From Candidatus Poseidoniaceae archaeon (lineage in GTDB: Archaea > Thermoplasmatota > Poseidoniia > Poseidoniales > Poseidoniaceae), in the NCBI GenBank assembly GCA_049438185.1, contig JBMTJI010000004.1, forward strand, positions 15,947 through 79,946: DNA of 64,000 nucleotides, read 5' to 3'. The translations under genes were made by a program, and so were the position numbers. A model generated the notes under the pieces. It had not been told where the DNA came from. It searched no databases and was given only the letters and a program-made list of their open reading frames with translations. Positions 28,546 through 37,849 of the stretch are shown one piece after another (position 1 is the first letter of the stretch; every line of letters starts with the position of its first letter).

Positions 28546-29784
28546 TCACTGAATGGTTCCATGGCCGATAAGGCGCCATCGTGCACCAACACGACGGGAA
28601 AGTGAAACACGTTGTCCCTGATCAGCACAAATTGGAAGACGCAACTGCAAACTTGCCTTGTTCTTTTCAACACCCTTCACGATACCAACCGAAGTTGAAG
28701 TAGCGACGTTGACCATCAACATCTCATTGTTGCGTAGTGGATGAATCATGTCGGGTTGTTCACCGTCTCCTGCTACCATGGTCTTCATCAGGTTAACTTC
28801 AATCGAACATTCGGTTCGAATTTCTGGCAATTCACCTTTCTTGGCAAGAACCTGTCCAGAAAGATTGTCAGCCGTTGTGATGGAAGGATCGAGGAGTGTT
28901 CCGAACCCACACAACCCGCCTGCAGTCATCTGGTCTCGCTTTCCACCACCACCTTGCATGCTGGTAATGGTGGTCTCAATTGGTTCCCAATGCGATTTGT
29001 TTCCATTCTCAATTTTACGACCTGGGCCGATGATGATTTGATCACCTTCTCTGAAGGTACCTTCGACAATTGAACCTCCGATAACTCCGCCAGTCAATTT
29101 TGTCGGGCGAGTACCTGGTCTGTTCACGTCAAATGAGCGAGCAATGTGCATGACTGCTCGCTCGTCGGCATCGCGATTCGGCGTAGGAATGGTCTTTTCA
29201 ATCGCTTCAATGAGAATGTCGAGGTTGACGTCATGGTGAGCTGAAACAGGTATGATTGGTGCTTCTTCAGCAATGGTGCCTTTGAGGAAGGTCTTGATCT
29301 CGTTGTAGGATTCCATGGCCCGCTCTCGTGAGACCAAGTCAATCTTGTTCTGAACGATGACGATGTTCTTGATTCCTGCGATTTCAAGTGCCATCAAATG
29401 TTCACGAGTTTGAGGCTGTGGACAGGTTTCGTTGGCAGCCACCATGAGCATAGCACCATCCATGATGGATGCGCCAGTGATCATAATGGCCATGAGTGTC
29501 TCGTGACCAGGTGCATCAACGAAGGAAACGACTCTCTGAAGGTCGGAATCAACGTCTTTCCCACCTTCTGGGTGTCGTCCAGTGGCATAATACTGTCCTG
29601 AATCAGTCTTGTAAAACGCTGTATCAGCATAACCAAGTTTGATTGAGATTCCACGTCGACGTTCTTCGGAATGCGTGTCGGTCCAAACACCGGAAAGCGC
29701 TTGTGTAAGAGTTGTTTTTCCGTGGTCGACGTGGCCTACAAGGCCAATGTTGACTTCAGGTTGAGATGGAAGCGTTCGTGCCAT
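28546..29784 (-). CDS. eif2g: Translation initiation factor aIF-2 gamma subunit
   Basis: G1 GLVGHVDHGKTTL, DAPGHE, NKIDL, and the archaeal/eukaryotic eIF2-gamma domain II/III order. Confidence 0.95.
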   Translation of the reverse strand: MARTLPSQPEVNIGLVGHVDHGKTTLTQALSGVWTDTHSEERRRGISIKLGYADTAFYKTDSGQYYATGRHPEGGKDVDSDLQRVVSFVDAPGHETLMAIMITGASIMDGAMLMVAANETCPQPQTREHLMALEIAGIKNIVIVQNKIDLVSRERAMESYNEIKTFLKGTIAEEAPIIPVSAHHDVNLDILIEAIEKTIPTPNRDADERAVMHIARSFDVNRPGTRPTKLTGGVIGGSIVEGTFREGDQIIIGPGRKIENGNKSHWEPIETTITSMQGGGGKRDQMTAGGLCGFGTLLDPSITTADNLSGQVLAKKGELPEIRTECSIEVNLMKTMVAGDGEQPDMIHPLRNNEMLMVNVATSTSVGIVKGVEKNKASLQLRLPICADQGQRVSLSRRVGARWRLIGHGTIQ

Positions 29785-29826
29785 GCTTCCATTCCTCCTT
29801 GTTCACCGATTCAACCCTCTCGGGTT

Positions 29827-30342
29827 TCACTCCGCTGCAGCTTCTTCCTCACCGAGCAACTTGTCAAGACCGATGTTTCCGGCATCAACAACTTTGAGAT
29901 TGATTTGACGTGTGTCTTGTGTGATGGTGTTTCCACGGAAAACACGTCGCTTGCGCATACCTTCAGGCTTGTATCGGAATCGCTTCTTCTCACCCTTCTT
30001 GGTCTTGGAAACGAGGTTGTGTCCCTTGAAACCAGTCGAAGCAGTGACGAGAATCGCTTGTCGGGAACCGCCTTCAAGATCTCGGCGCATTGGTGTTCCG
30101 GTCTTATCAGAGCCACCTGTGATTTCGAGTTTGTATCCTGTCAGGAGGGATTCGCCTTCGCCAACGAAAACACCTTCGATCACGTCACCGATTTTCTTTC
30201 CAAGCAATTGTGCATGGTTTGCACCAGAAATCACCGTCTTGTAGGATGGGGAATAGGTCTTCTCCTTACCATTCTTTGTGGTACGAGTCAACTTGGTTGT
30301 GGTATCGTTGACCACTGCAACAAATGAGTTTCCATCAGCCAT
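29827..30342 (-). CDS. rps6e: 30S ribosomal protein S6e
   Basis: GYKLEITGGSDKTGTPMRRDLEGG is the S6e signature. ATG 30342 (MADGNSF...) is taken as the start. The C-terminal extension ends ...GEEEAAAE. Confidence 0.85.
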   Translation of the reverse strand: MADGNSFVAVVNDTTTKLTRTTKNGKEKTYSPSYKTVISGANHAQLLGKKIGDVIEGVFVGEGESLLTGYKLEITGGSDKTGTPMRRDLEGGSRQAILVTASTGFKGHNLVSKTKKGEKKRFRYKPEGMRKRRVFRGNTITQDTRQINLKVVDAGNIGLDKLLGEEEAAAE

Positions 30343-30409
30343 GAAGCATTCCTCTAGCAACCTAGCGACAAACGACCCCTATTTAGCCTCACCGCATGCT
30401 ATTTGTTCA

Positions 30410-31666
30410 TCATCGTTTCAGTTTCAGAGCAACTCTTCCTTCAATTCGAGCAGCAACATCGACCGGGAGAGCATGTGGCATGGATATGTGGGTTGTCCGA
30501 CCTCGACCTTCTCCAACCGTGTCAACTCGAGTGGCAATGATGTTCAAACTCTCAATGTGTTTGAGGAATTTCCAGACGGTCGTATGGCTTCGAGGCTTGA
30601 CTTCATACTCCTCGCACACTACTGCGTAGATGGATTCAACGTCTTTGCTGGTCATGAATTCGGCCTTCCGCAGCCTTCGGCAGATACCGAGTAGTACAAG
30701 CATCGAATGACCCGATAGTTCATCGAGAACATCTTCAGGCATGACTTGCGGAACCTTGCGTGCCTTGGTCTGGACATGCTCGGGAAGGATACTCTTCTGA
30801 CCTTCGGATTCAGCGTGTTCAACAGCAGCACCGAGCAGTTCGATAACTTGCCGCGCATCACCTGAAGGCGCAGCAGACGTTGCGATGAGTTTCAGAAGTT
30901 CGTCGTCCCATGCCCTTGGGTTGAGTGCAGCCTCTGCACGTTGACGCACAATCGCATGAAGTCCTTTCATGTCGTATGGCGGAATAGGCAAGTGATTCGT
31001 ATGGCCAAATCTGGAAATAACTGCGTTCTCGAGAACATCGAGGACTTGCTCTTGGCTGATGAGGATGAGGGATAAGGTGCCGCTTCCTTCTTGATCCTCA
31101 TCGATACGAAGCAATTGGTAGATGAGGTCGTTCCCCGATTTACGCAACAAGTGGTCAACTTCGTCGAGGACGATAATCAAATGCCTACCATTATTCCTCA
31201 ACAACTTTCTCAGGCTACTCAACAATTCACCCATCGAGAGACCACGATCTGGATGACCAGGATCCAAGGACTGAACGATACGCTGGGCAACTCGTACGTT
31301 GGTTGTAGCATTGCGGCAGTTGATGTGAACGCTTCGAAGCGGTCTTCTCTTTCGGAGGTGGTATTCGATGTCTCGGCAAAACGTTCGAGCAAGGAGTGTT
31401 TTTCCACTTCCAACTGGGCCGGTGATGACAACGTTGGCACTTCCATTTGGATGGGCAATGGAATGAAATTTACCAGCAAGCGACTCTTGAATATCTTCAC
31501 GTCCTACCATGACTTCTGGAATGTAATCAAAATCCAAAGGGTCAGGGTTCAGAAGGATGAGTCCTGAACCGATTCGGTCGAGATAGTCGCTCATGCTGGT
31601 TGCATCTTGATGCCAACCGTTCTTGAACACTCGCTCTTTACCAAACGAAAAATCAACGTTGTTCAA
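30410..31666 (-). CDS. cdc6: Orc1/Cdc6 replication initiator
   Basis: Walker A ITGPVGSGKT, Walker B IIVLDEVDHL, sensor regions, and a C-terminal winged helix (VWKFLKHIESLNIIATRV). Confidence 0.9.
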   Translation of the reverse strand: MNNVDFSFGKERVFKNGWHQDATSMSDYLDRIGSGLILLNPDPLDFDYIPEVMVGREDIQESLAGKFHSIAHPNGSANVVITGPVGSGKTLLARTFCRDIEYHLRKRRPLRSVHINCRNATTNVRVAQRIVQSLDPGHPDRGLSMGELLSSLRKLLRNNGRHLIIVLDEVDHLLRKSGNDLIYQLLRIDEDQEGSGTLSLILISQEQVLDVLENAVISRFGHTNHLPIPPYDMKGLHAIVRQRAEAALNPRAWDDELLKLIATSAAPSGDARQVIELLGAAVEHAESEGQKSILPEHVQTKARKVPQVMPEDVLDELSGHSMLVLLGICRRLRKAEFMTSKDVESIYAVVCEEYEVKPRSHTTVWKFLKHIESLNIIATRVDTVGEGRGRTTHISMPHALPVDVAARIEGRVALKLKR

Positions 31667-32772
31667 GGAATTTCATCGAATTGATAACCAAGTTCCCATT
31701 TCTTTTCGCCGAGGGCTACTTCGAGCTCAAACGGTGTGATGAGGGGTTTTGCATACTTGACCGCATCATCGATGGCAATACGAGGGCATGCTGTGTTGAC
31801 GAAAGCATCAACAGGATAGAAATCGATCAACTCAGGTCCGACATGTTCGAGTGCGAGAAGGTAGCCTTTCTTTCCATGCTTCTCCAACAACCGCTTCATT
31901 CGAAGTGCGAGTGTTCTTCGCATTTGGCCGGGTTTTTCACCGATAAGAATTCCAAACTTTTCAGCATCCATGGACGACATAATCAGACCAAAACGCTGAC
32001 GTAAAATCCGTTCAATACGTTCAAACGACATTTCGATGGCATCGCCAGAATATGGGTCGAGCATAGCGAGCGGTTTTCCAGTGTGGAGTACCAATCCAAT
32101 TGGGTGAAAGTCACCGCTACCAAGGAAGAGGTAATGCCCAATGGTGTCATCATCGCCTGAATAGTTGCAACCCAACACCTGTCCTGGGAAGGTGAGTCGT
32201 GCACCACCCATTGGAATTGTGACATCAAAGCCCGCTTTCTCGAGACGGTCATGGAATTCCGGTAAGAGGTGCAAGTGTTGGATGCTTCCAACCAACCCCA
32301 ATTTTGTGTCTTTTAGCGGTGTCATACGACCAACAGCATCCATGAAACGTTCTTTCGCTTCTTCTTCTGTCAACGCAGAAGTCGATTGTTCAGCCATTCT
32401 CTTTTTCGCGATTTCCAAATGTGCGTTGAGCATGGGAATGACAGGTGCGAGTTCAGGATCACCGTCGTATGTGACATCGATAAATTGTGTAGGCATACCT
32501 GAGTCGATGTTCATCTGAGAATGTCCCATGTGGGCAACAAGTTCGACACCCATCATCTTCATTTTATCATGAACCAAATCACACGCCCCATAGCATGGAT
32601 CGGCAGCTAAAACGACTTTCGCTCCAGAACCAGATTCAATCTCATCCATCATTTCAAGCGCTTGCATCTTTAGCCCTTCTGGGACTTGAAGTGCCACAAG
32701 TCGATTGTCGTTTTTCTGAATGCGCTGAATAAGTTCTTCCAACTGGAAGTCGTGCCTATCTAAATCCATCAA
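31663..32772 (-). CDS. dph2: Diphthamide biosynthesis enzyme Dph2 (2-(3-amino-3-carboxypropyl)histidine synthase)
   Basis: LVALQVPEGLK and LAADPCYGACD motifs, with an archaeal Dph2 length of about 340-370 aa. 4-nt overlaps with both neighbours. Confidence 0.8.
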   Translation of the reverse strand: MMDLDRHDFQLEELIQRIQKNDNRLVALQVPEGLKMQALEMMDEIESGSGAKVVLAADPCYGACDLVHDKMKMMGVELVAHMGHSQMNIDSGMPTQFIDVTYDGDPELAPVIPMLNAHLEIAKKRMAEQSTSALTEEEAKERFMDAVGRMTPLKDTKLGLVGSIQHLHLLPEFHDRLEKAGFDVTIPMGGARLTFPGQVLGCNYSGDDDTIGHYLFLGSGDFHPIGLVLHTGKPLAMLDPYSGDAIEMSFERIERILRQRFGLIMSSMDAEKFGILIGEKPGQMRRTLALRMKRLLEKHGKKGYLLALEHVGPELIDFYPVDAFVNTACPRIAIDDAVKYAKPLITPFELEVALGEKKWELGYQFDEIP

Positions 32773-33350
32773 ATCACCTCATCAAGTAGGACAACCTTTC
32801 CTTCATCCATTTCGAGTCGAACGATTGATAAAATTTCAATGTGCGGATATTTTTCTTGCAGTTGCGCCAACCCTGGTCCCTTTTCAACGACAACGACAAC
32901 AGATGCAATTACTGCACCTAAGGATTCGACACCTTGGATGATCGCATCGAGTGTTCCGCCTGTAGACAAGACATCATCGACAATGAGAATTCGCTCTCCC
33001 TTGTTGATGTCGTTTAGGAACATTGAGCCTTTGGAATAACCGGTGGATTGATCGATTGCCAGTTCTCCTTCGAGTCCATAAGACCGCTTACGCACAACAA
33101 CTTGAGGGCGATTGTTTCTCATCGAAAGTGGGCTGGTCAGAGGAAGCCCCATCGCTTCAATCCCCAAAACGAGGTCGATTGAATTCCATTTTACAGCGTC
33201 CTCAATCAGTTCAACAACTGCAGTGAGTACGGAGGGATCAAGACGAGGTACGCCATCGGTTAGTGGGTGGATGAAGTACGGATAATCGCCCTTCCAGATG
33301 ATGGGTGCAGCCAGAAGTGATTCCTTCAATCGCTGCAATGGATTTGACAT
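32769..33350 (-). CDS. hpt: Archaeal-type hypoxanthine/guanine phosphoribosyltransferase
   Basis: N-terminal LKESLLAAPIIWKGDYPYFIHPLTDGVP pattern of the archaeal Hpt family and the PRPP loop ILIVDDVLSTGGT. Confidence 0.7.
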   Translation of the reverse strand: MSNPLQRLKESLLAAPIIWKGDYPYFIHPLTDGVPRLDPSVLTAVVELIEDAVKWNSIDLVLGIEAMGLPLTSPLSMRNNRPQVVVRKRSYGLEGELAIDQSTGYSKGSMFLNDINKGERILIVDDVLSTGGTLDAIIQGVESLGAVIASVVVVVEKGPGLAQLQEKYPHIEILSIVRLEMDEGKVVLLDEVI

Positions 33351-33367
33351 GGTTCCACTTCATCGAA

Positions 33368-33772
33368 TCAAAGTTCGGAGAGGTACTCGACGTATTCGTC
33401 AGGTTCAAGCAGATTCTCCATGTCGAACTGGAATGGTTGTAGTACCAAAATCCAGCCGAGATCGTAAGCAGATTCGTTCACGAGATCTGGGTTGATTTCA
33501 ACCTCTCCGTTAACTTCAGTAATCGTTCCTGAGAACGGTGCCGTGAAAGCGATTTTTTCCTCATCTGTCCAAAGAGAAAACATGTCCTGGCCTTCGTCGA
33601 CCATGGTTTCGGCCTGAGGGAGAATGACTCGAAGGACTTCTCCAATCTCAACACCCATGAATTCACTGATACCGACCATTATCTTCTCATCATCTTTTTC
33701 TTGATACCAGAGATGATCAATTGAGTACTTTCGATTGTGTGCGATGTTAAATTCTACGACCTCTTCTTCCAA
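33368..33772 (-). CDS. Glycine-cleavage H-protein-like (lipoyl-domain fold) protein
   Basis: YSIDHLWYQ....VGISEF...IGEV..V.LP and APFSGTITEVN..L..NP.LVN follow the GcvH pattern. The lipoyl-Lys position is not obviously conserved (see findings). Confidence 0.6.
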   Translation of the reverse strand: MEEEVVEFNIAHNRKYSIDHLWYQEKDDEKIMVGISEFMGVEIGEVLRVILPQAETMVDEGQDMFSLWTDEEKIAFTAPFSGTITEVNGEVEINPDLVNESAYDLGWILVLQPFQFDMENLLEPDEYVEYLSEL

Positions 33773-33891
33773 GCCATATCACCTGTACGCGGCTCAAACA
33801 ACTCCTATATGAACCATCGCTATACTCGTGGTGATGTGGTCGTAACACATCCATTAAGTGAAAGCCCTTGTTAGGGTTATTTGGTGAGCCT

Positions 33892-35061
33892 ATGGACTTC
33901 AAAGCGACCGATGAACAGGACATGATTCGAGAGATGGTTCGCGATTTTGCGGAATCGGTACTTACCCCCACAGTTGAACATCGAGACCAAACTCAGACGC
34001 CTCCAGCAGAGGAATGGCAACAATTCCTTGAGTTGGGCCTCCAAAGCGTCACCGTACCAGAACAGTACGGTGGAATGCCAGTTGATGACATCTCTGAATC
34101 GATTATCGTTGAGGAACTTGCTCGGGTTGATCCTTCATTCTCAGTCATGTTCTGTGTTCACGTTGGACTTTGTGCCAAAACAATTGCCCTTCATGGCGAC
34201 GAATACCAGAAGGAAACATATCTCCCTCGCCTCGCTGAAGGCGAAGTAGGTGCCTACTCACTTTCTGAAGCGGGTGCCGGTACAGATGCCGCAGCCATGA
34301 CCTGCAAAGCAAAACTCTCCGACGACGGAAAGCACTACATCCTCAACGGGGAGAAGATGTGGGTTACCAACGGAGCACAGGCCAAAATCATCGTTCTTTT
34401 CGCAAAGGACGTCGATCATCCAGACTACGGTGTGAAGAAACACGGCGGTACGACAGCGTTCATTGTTGATTCATCGTTTGAAGGGTTCTCAGTCGGCAAA
34501 AAGGAAGACAAGCTTGGCATTCGTTCCTCAGATACGTGCACGCTTGTGCTGAAGGATTGCAAGGTACCTGTTGAGAATGTCATCAAAGGAGCAGGGAATG
34601 GATTCCCAATCGCCATGAACGCTCTTGACAACTCACGTATTGGAATCGCTGCACAAGCCCTTGGTATTGCCCAAGGTGCATACGAGGCGTCGCTCAAGTA
34701 CGCCCATGAGCGTGAGGCATTCGGCAAACCGATTGCACATCATCAAATGATCATGGGTATTCTCGCTGACATGGCTACACGAATTGATGCTGCCCGGCAC
34801 CTTGTTTACAAGGCTTCATGGGCGAAACAGCAGCATTACGAACACGATGGACCTCGCCATACGAAAGAAGCCAGTATGGCAAAACTCTACGCAGGCGATA
34901 CGGCAATGTGGGTATCAGAACGCGCTATTCAAGTGCATGGTGGATACGGATACACAAAGGAATTCCCGGTTGAACGATTCTTCCGTGATGCAAAAATCAC
35001 CCAAATATACGAAGGTACTCAAGAGGTTCAACGCATTGTTGTCGCTCGAAGTTTACTATAG
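33892..35061 (+). CDS. Acyl-CoA dehydrogenase
   Basis: MDFKATDEQDMIREMVRDFAE, YSLSEAGAGTDAAAM, QVHGGYGYTKEFPVERFFRDAKITQIYEGTQEVQR. Confidence 0.9.
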   Translation: MDFKATDEQDMIREMVRDFAESVLTPTVEHRDQTQTPPAEEWQQFLELGLQSVTVPEQYGGMPVDDISESIIVEELARVDPSFSVMFCVHVGLCAKTIALHGDEYQKETYLPRLAEGEVGAYSLSEAGAGTDAAAMTCKAKLSDDGKHYILNGEKMWVTNGAQAKIIVLFAKDVDHPDYGVKKHGGTTAFIVDSSFEGFSVGKKEDKLGIRSSDTCTLVLKDCKVPVENVIKGAGNGFPIAMNALDNSRIGIAAQALGIAQGAYEASLKYAHEREAFGKPIAHHQMIMGILADMATRIDAARHLVYKASWAKQQHYEHDGPRHTKEASMAKLYAGDTAMWVSERAIQVHGGYGYTKEFPVERFFRDAKITQIYEGTQEVQRIVVARSLL

Positions 35062-35997
35062 GTATTCGAAGGTCGAAGCGATGAAGACTGGTCGTTGGCG
35101 TCCAACATTCCAGTCACAGATTTGGGCATCTGCCTCAATCGTATGCTTTGATTGAAACAACATGACGTCTTCGTTTGCTTCGGACGGGAGACGAAGTTCC
35201 ACTTCGATGTCACTGTTTTCTGACAACGTTCCAATAATGGTCATACCATTTTTTAATGGACCTTGGCCGATGAGCGTCTTTTCAATCGATGATATTTGAA
35301 TTTGACAAGATTGTGTTGGTGATTGAGCAATGGCTTGTTGGCGTTCGCTACGAAGTTTCATTCCCTGAAGAATCTCGATAAATCGCACATGGCTGATAGG
35401 CGTTCCATTTTCTTCGATAAGGATCGGCTCTGGCTTCTGTTGCACTTCCTCCGCCTCTCTCTCCGCTTTCTCTTGTGCTTCTCGTTCAGCGGCTTCTCTT
35501 GCCTGTTCTTCTTCCAACAGGCGTTGCTTCTCTTCTTCTTGCTGACGAATGATTTCTTCCGCCTGCCTCCTTGCTTCTTCTTCGAGTTCTTGATTGAGCT
35601 CTTCAAATTCATCTTCTTCGGGCTCAGGTTCTTCTTCAATACCGCTTGGTAAGCCAATGGCTTCGAAATAGGTGTGTAGATCTGCAACGGTTACATTTCC
35701 ATCTTTGTCCATATCGAGAACGGACATCAAACCGTTGATGACCCAACCAGGAGGCTGAGTGCCGGTTGTTTTTTCAAGTGCATCAGAAAGTTCAACCGGT
35801 TGAATGATCGCATCCATGTTTGAATCAATCATTTGGATAATTTCTGCACCTGTCAAGCCCGAACCAAGAAGCCAACTTGTGAACTGTGTGTTTAATTGAC
35901 CAATCATAGGGTTCGTTGCGACCATCTCTTTGATGTGTTGTTCCATTTTTGCTTGTAGTGCTTGCTTGACAGACATCGATTCACGTCCTAAAACCAC
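35056..35997 (-). CDS. Hypothetical protein with a canonical EF-hand loop and an acidic Glu/Arg/Gln coiled-coil segment
   Basis: DMDKDGNVTVAD (35680-35715) fits the DxDxDGxVxxxD/E loop. It is followed by EEEPEPEEDEFEELNQELEEEARRQAEEIIRQQEEEKQRLLEEEQAREAAEREAQEKAEREAEE and an unrecognised C-terminal domain. Confidence 0.5.
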   Translation of the reverse strand: MVLGRESMSVKQALQAKMEQHIKEMVATNPMIGQLNTQFTSWLLGSGLTGAEIIQMIDSNMDAIIQPVELSDALEKTTGTQPPGWVINGLMSVLDMDKDGNVTVADLHTYFEAIGLPSGIEEEPEPEEDEFEELNQELEEEARRQAEEIIRQQEEEKQRLLEEEQAREAAEREAQEKAEREAEEVQQKPEPILIEENGTPISHVRFIEILQGMKLRSERQQAIAQSPTQSCQIQISSIEKTLIGQGPLKNGMTIIGTLSENSDIEVELRLPSEANEDVMLFQSKHTIEADAQICDWNVGRQRPVFIASTFEYL

Positions 35998-36020
35998 TTG
36001 CGTGTGGTTGGACTATCAAG

Positions 36021-37370
36021 TTAGGGGAATTGAAGTTTTGGCCAACGCGCGGTATCCTCAGTTTGCCAAGAAAGTGTACACAACAACCTGTCCATCTCCT
36101 CAAGCGTTTGAAGATGGCGAGCGACTTGTTCATAGTAGAGCCAAGCTTTCAATGCTCCAAGTTTAGGTCCTTGTTGGATTCCGGTTCGTTGCATAATAAA
36201 TTCACCAGAAGCCAATGGAACAACGTTGAAATCGATCTTAAGACTTGACAATCGATCAATTCGTTGCTGGACATCCTCCTCGGTGAAACCGGGCAGAGAA
36301 TCAAATCGAGCAAACAATTGCTCGATCTTCAAATGCTGTTGGCTCCAAGACCCCATCGCCACAGCATAAACTCGTATTGACGAATCCATGTTTTCTGGTA
36401 GACACCCTTGTTTCGAATGACGGAACAAGAGGTTCTTCTTTTCTCGACCACTCAATCGAAGTTTTGCCGACAACATTTCACAATCCTCGGCGCTGAAATC
36501 TCGTAACAACACAACCAATCGGTCAAGAACATCGTCGCTTCGAATTTCATCAAGGAGTTTGATGCGAAGATCGTCTTGCATCCAATCCAGATTTGAAATT
36601 TGTTTCAAAACACCATCGTCTGCCATGCGTTGAACGATTTCAGAGGCATGTTGGCCGAGCAAGATTCGCTTGAATTCAGACCATATTCGCTCGGAAGCAA
36701 TTCGGTCGAGCATAGGCCTTGTTTTTCGCAAGGCGTTTGCCAGTTGTTGATCAGGCCACCAAATGCCAGCAGCACCTTGATCGATAAATCGATAGGTGCG
36801 CAAAATACGCAAGGCATCCTCAGAGAGCCGTTTTGTTGCTTCTCCAACAGAACGAAGACGTCCATTCTTCAAATCATCACATCCATCGAACGGGTCGTAA
36901 AATGCTTGCTTGATAGGGTCTAATGCCATTGCATTCATGGTTAAATCCCGCCGAGAGAGATCAACGAGTAATGAATCACCCCATTCAACTTCATCTGGTC
37001 TGCGTCCATCGTTGTATCCAGATTCAGTTCGAAGTGTTGTCACCTCGTAGGTGTCGCCGTTGTTCCGAAAGGTGATTGTACCGTAACGTTCACCCGTCGG
37101 AAGCGTATCTCGATACGATTTCATTTCGTTCGGAGTCATGGTTGTTGCAAGATCAAATTCGACGACCTTCGTGCCCAACATTGTGTTGCGTAGGGCTCCG
37201 CCAACTATCCAAACATGGGCGTCGTTTTCTTGGAACCACGCAATGACTTCTGTCAATGATTTAGGCAGATGTTGAACCATTGCAGAGAGAGATGGAGAAA
37301 GGGGCAACTCCTCCATTCCGCGCGCTGGTTCCATGTCTGACATCCATCCTTGCGTGTTCATACAAGACAA
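36021..37370 (-). CDS. cca: Class II (bacterial/eukaryotic-type) tRNA nucleotidyltransferase / CCA-adding enzyme family
   Basis: VWIVGGALRNTMLGTKVVEFDLATT (GGxxRxxxLG...[DE]xD), RTESGYNDGRRPDEVEW, DLSRRDLTMNAMAL: the PolyA_pol head-domain motifs. Confidence 0.75.
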   Translation of the reverse strand: MSCMNTQGWMSDMEPARGMEELPLSPSLSAMVQHLPKSLTEVIAWFQENDAHVWIVGGALRNTMLGTKVVEFDLATTMTPNEMKSYRDTLPTGERYGTITFRNNGDTYEVTTLRTESGYNDGRRPDEVEWGDSLLVDLSRRDLTMNAMALDPIKQAFYDPFDGCDDLKNGRLRSVGEATKRLSEDALRILRTYRFIDQGAAGIWWPDQQLANALRKTRPMLDRIASERIWSEFKRILLGQHASEIVQRMADDGVLKQISNLDWMQDDLRIKLLDEIRSDDVLDRLVVLLRDFSAEDCEMLSAKLRLSGREKKNLLFRHSKQGCLPENMDSSIRVYAVAMGSWSQQHLKIEQLFARFDSLPGFTEEDVQQRIDRLSSLKIDFNVVPLASGEFIMQRTGIQQGPKLGALKAWLYYEQVARHLQTLEEMDRLLCTLSWQTEDTARWPKLQFP

Positions 37371-37402
37371 AGCATTATCCTGTGGATTCTTTTGGTTAAT
37401 GC

Positions 37403-37849
37403 ATGTCTTGGAGTGAGGATGATGTGCGACTTGTCCCCGTTGAGTGGCTCAAGGCCCATGAAGAAATCAAACCAAAGAACATGGAAAAGCTTCTTGAAAT
37501 GACCTTGAAATGGGATGGTTTCACAAAACCCCTCATCGCTGACAAGGCGACGGGAACCATTCTTGATGGACATCACCGTTATGCTGTTGCTCAACGGTTA
37601 GAACTTGCTCGAATCCCTGTCGTATGCATCGATTATTTGGAGGATGCGTCGGTGGAGTTGGAACTTTGGCCTGCTTCCAAACTTGAATCAATTTCAAAAC
37701 AAGACGTCATTGATATGGCACTTTCACCAAACCTGTATCCTCCGAAAACGACACGTCACCGAATTTCAGATCATCTTCCGCCGATTCACGTTTCTTTGAA
37801 GCGATTGTCCCTGCTTACGCCGAGTCAGCCTGACGAGAACGAATCGTAG
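37403..37849 (+). CDS. ParB/sulfiredoxin-like (ParBc) domain protein
   Basis: LVPVEWLKAHEEI... and ILDGHHRYAVAQRL, the ParB-N/Srx signature. Confidence 0.6.
   Translation: MSWSEDDVRLVPVEWLKAHEEIKPKNMEKLLEMTLKWDGFTKPLIADKATGTILDGHHRYAVAQRLELARIPVVCIDYLEDASVELELWPASKLESISKQDVIDMALSPNLYPPKTTRHRISDHLPPIHVSLKRLSLLTPSQPDENES

Noticed and set aside
28536-28673. 5' extension of the PIN-domain ORF (track start 28673)
   Set aside because: The extension would overlap the 3' end of aIF-2 gamma by 128 nt. An internal ATG at 28535 preceded by GGTGA sits 10 nt after the aIF-2 gamma stop and begins exactly at the PIN N-terminal strand.
29671-30327. 218-aa plus-strand ORF
   Set aside because: It is antisense to the start of aIF-2 gamma and most of rps6e, both of which carry diagnostic motifs.
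30343-31666. Possible replication origin next to Orc1/Cdc6
   Set aside because: cdc6 overlaps dph2 at its 5' end and only 67 nt separate its 3' end from rps6e. I saw no AT-rich spacer or ORB-type inverted repeats.
35323-35687. Two 109-aa ORFs (one per strand) rich in Phe/Leu or Lys/Arg
   Set aside because: They are frame-shifted or antisense readings of the GAA/GAG-rich low-complexity segment encoding the acidic coiled coil of the 35056..35997 gene.
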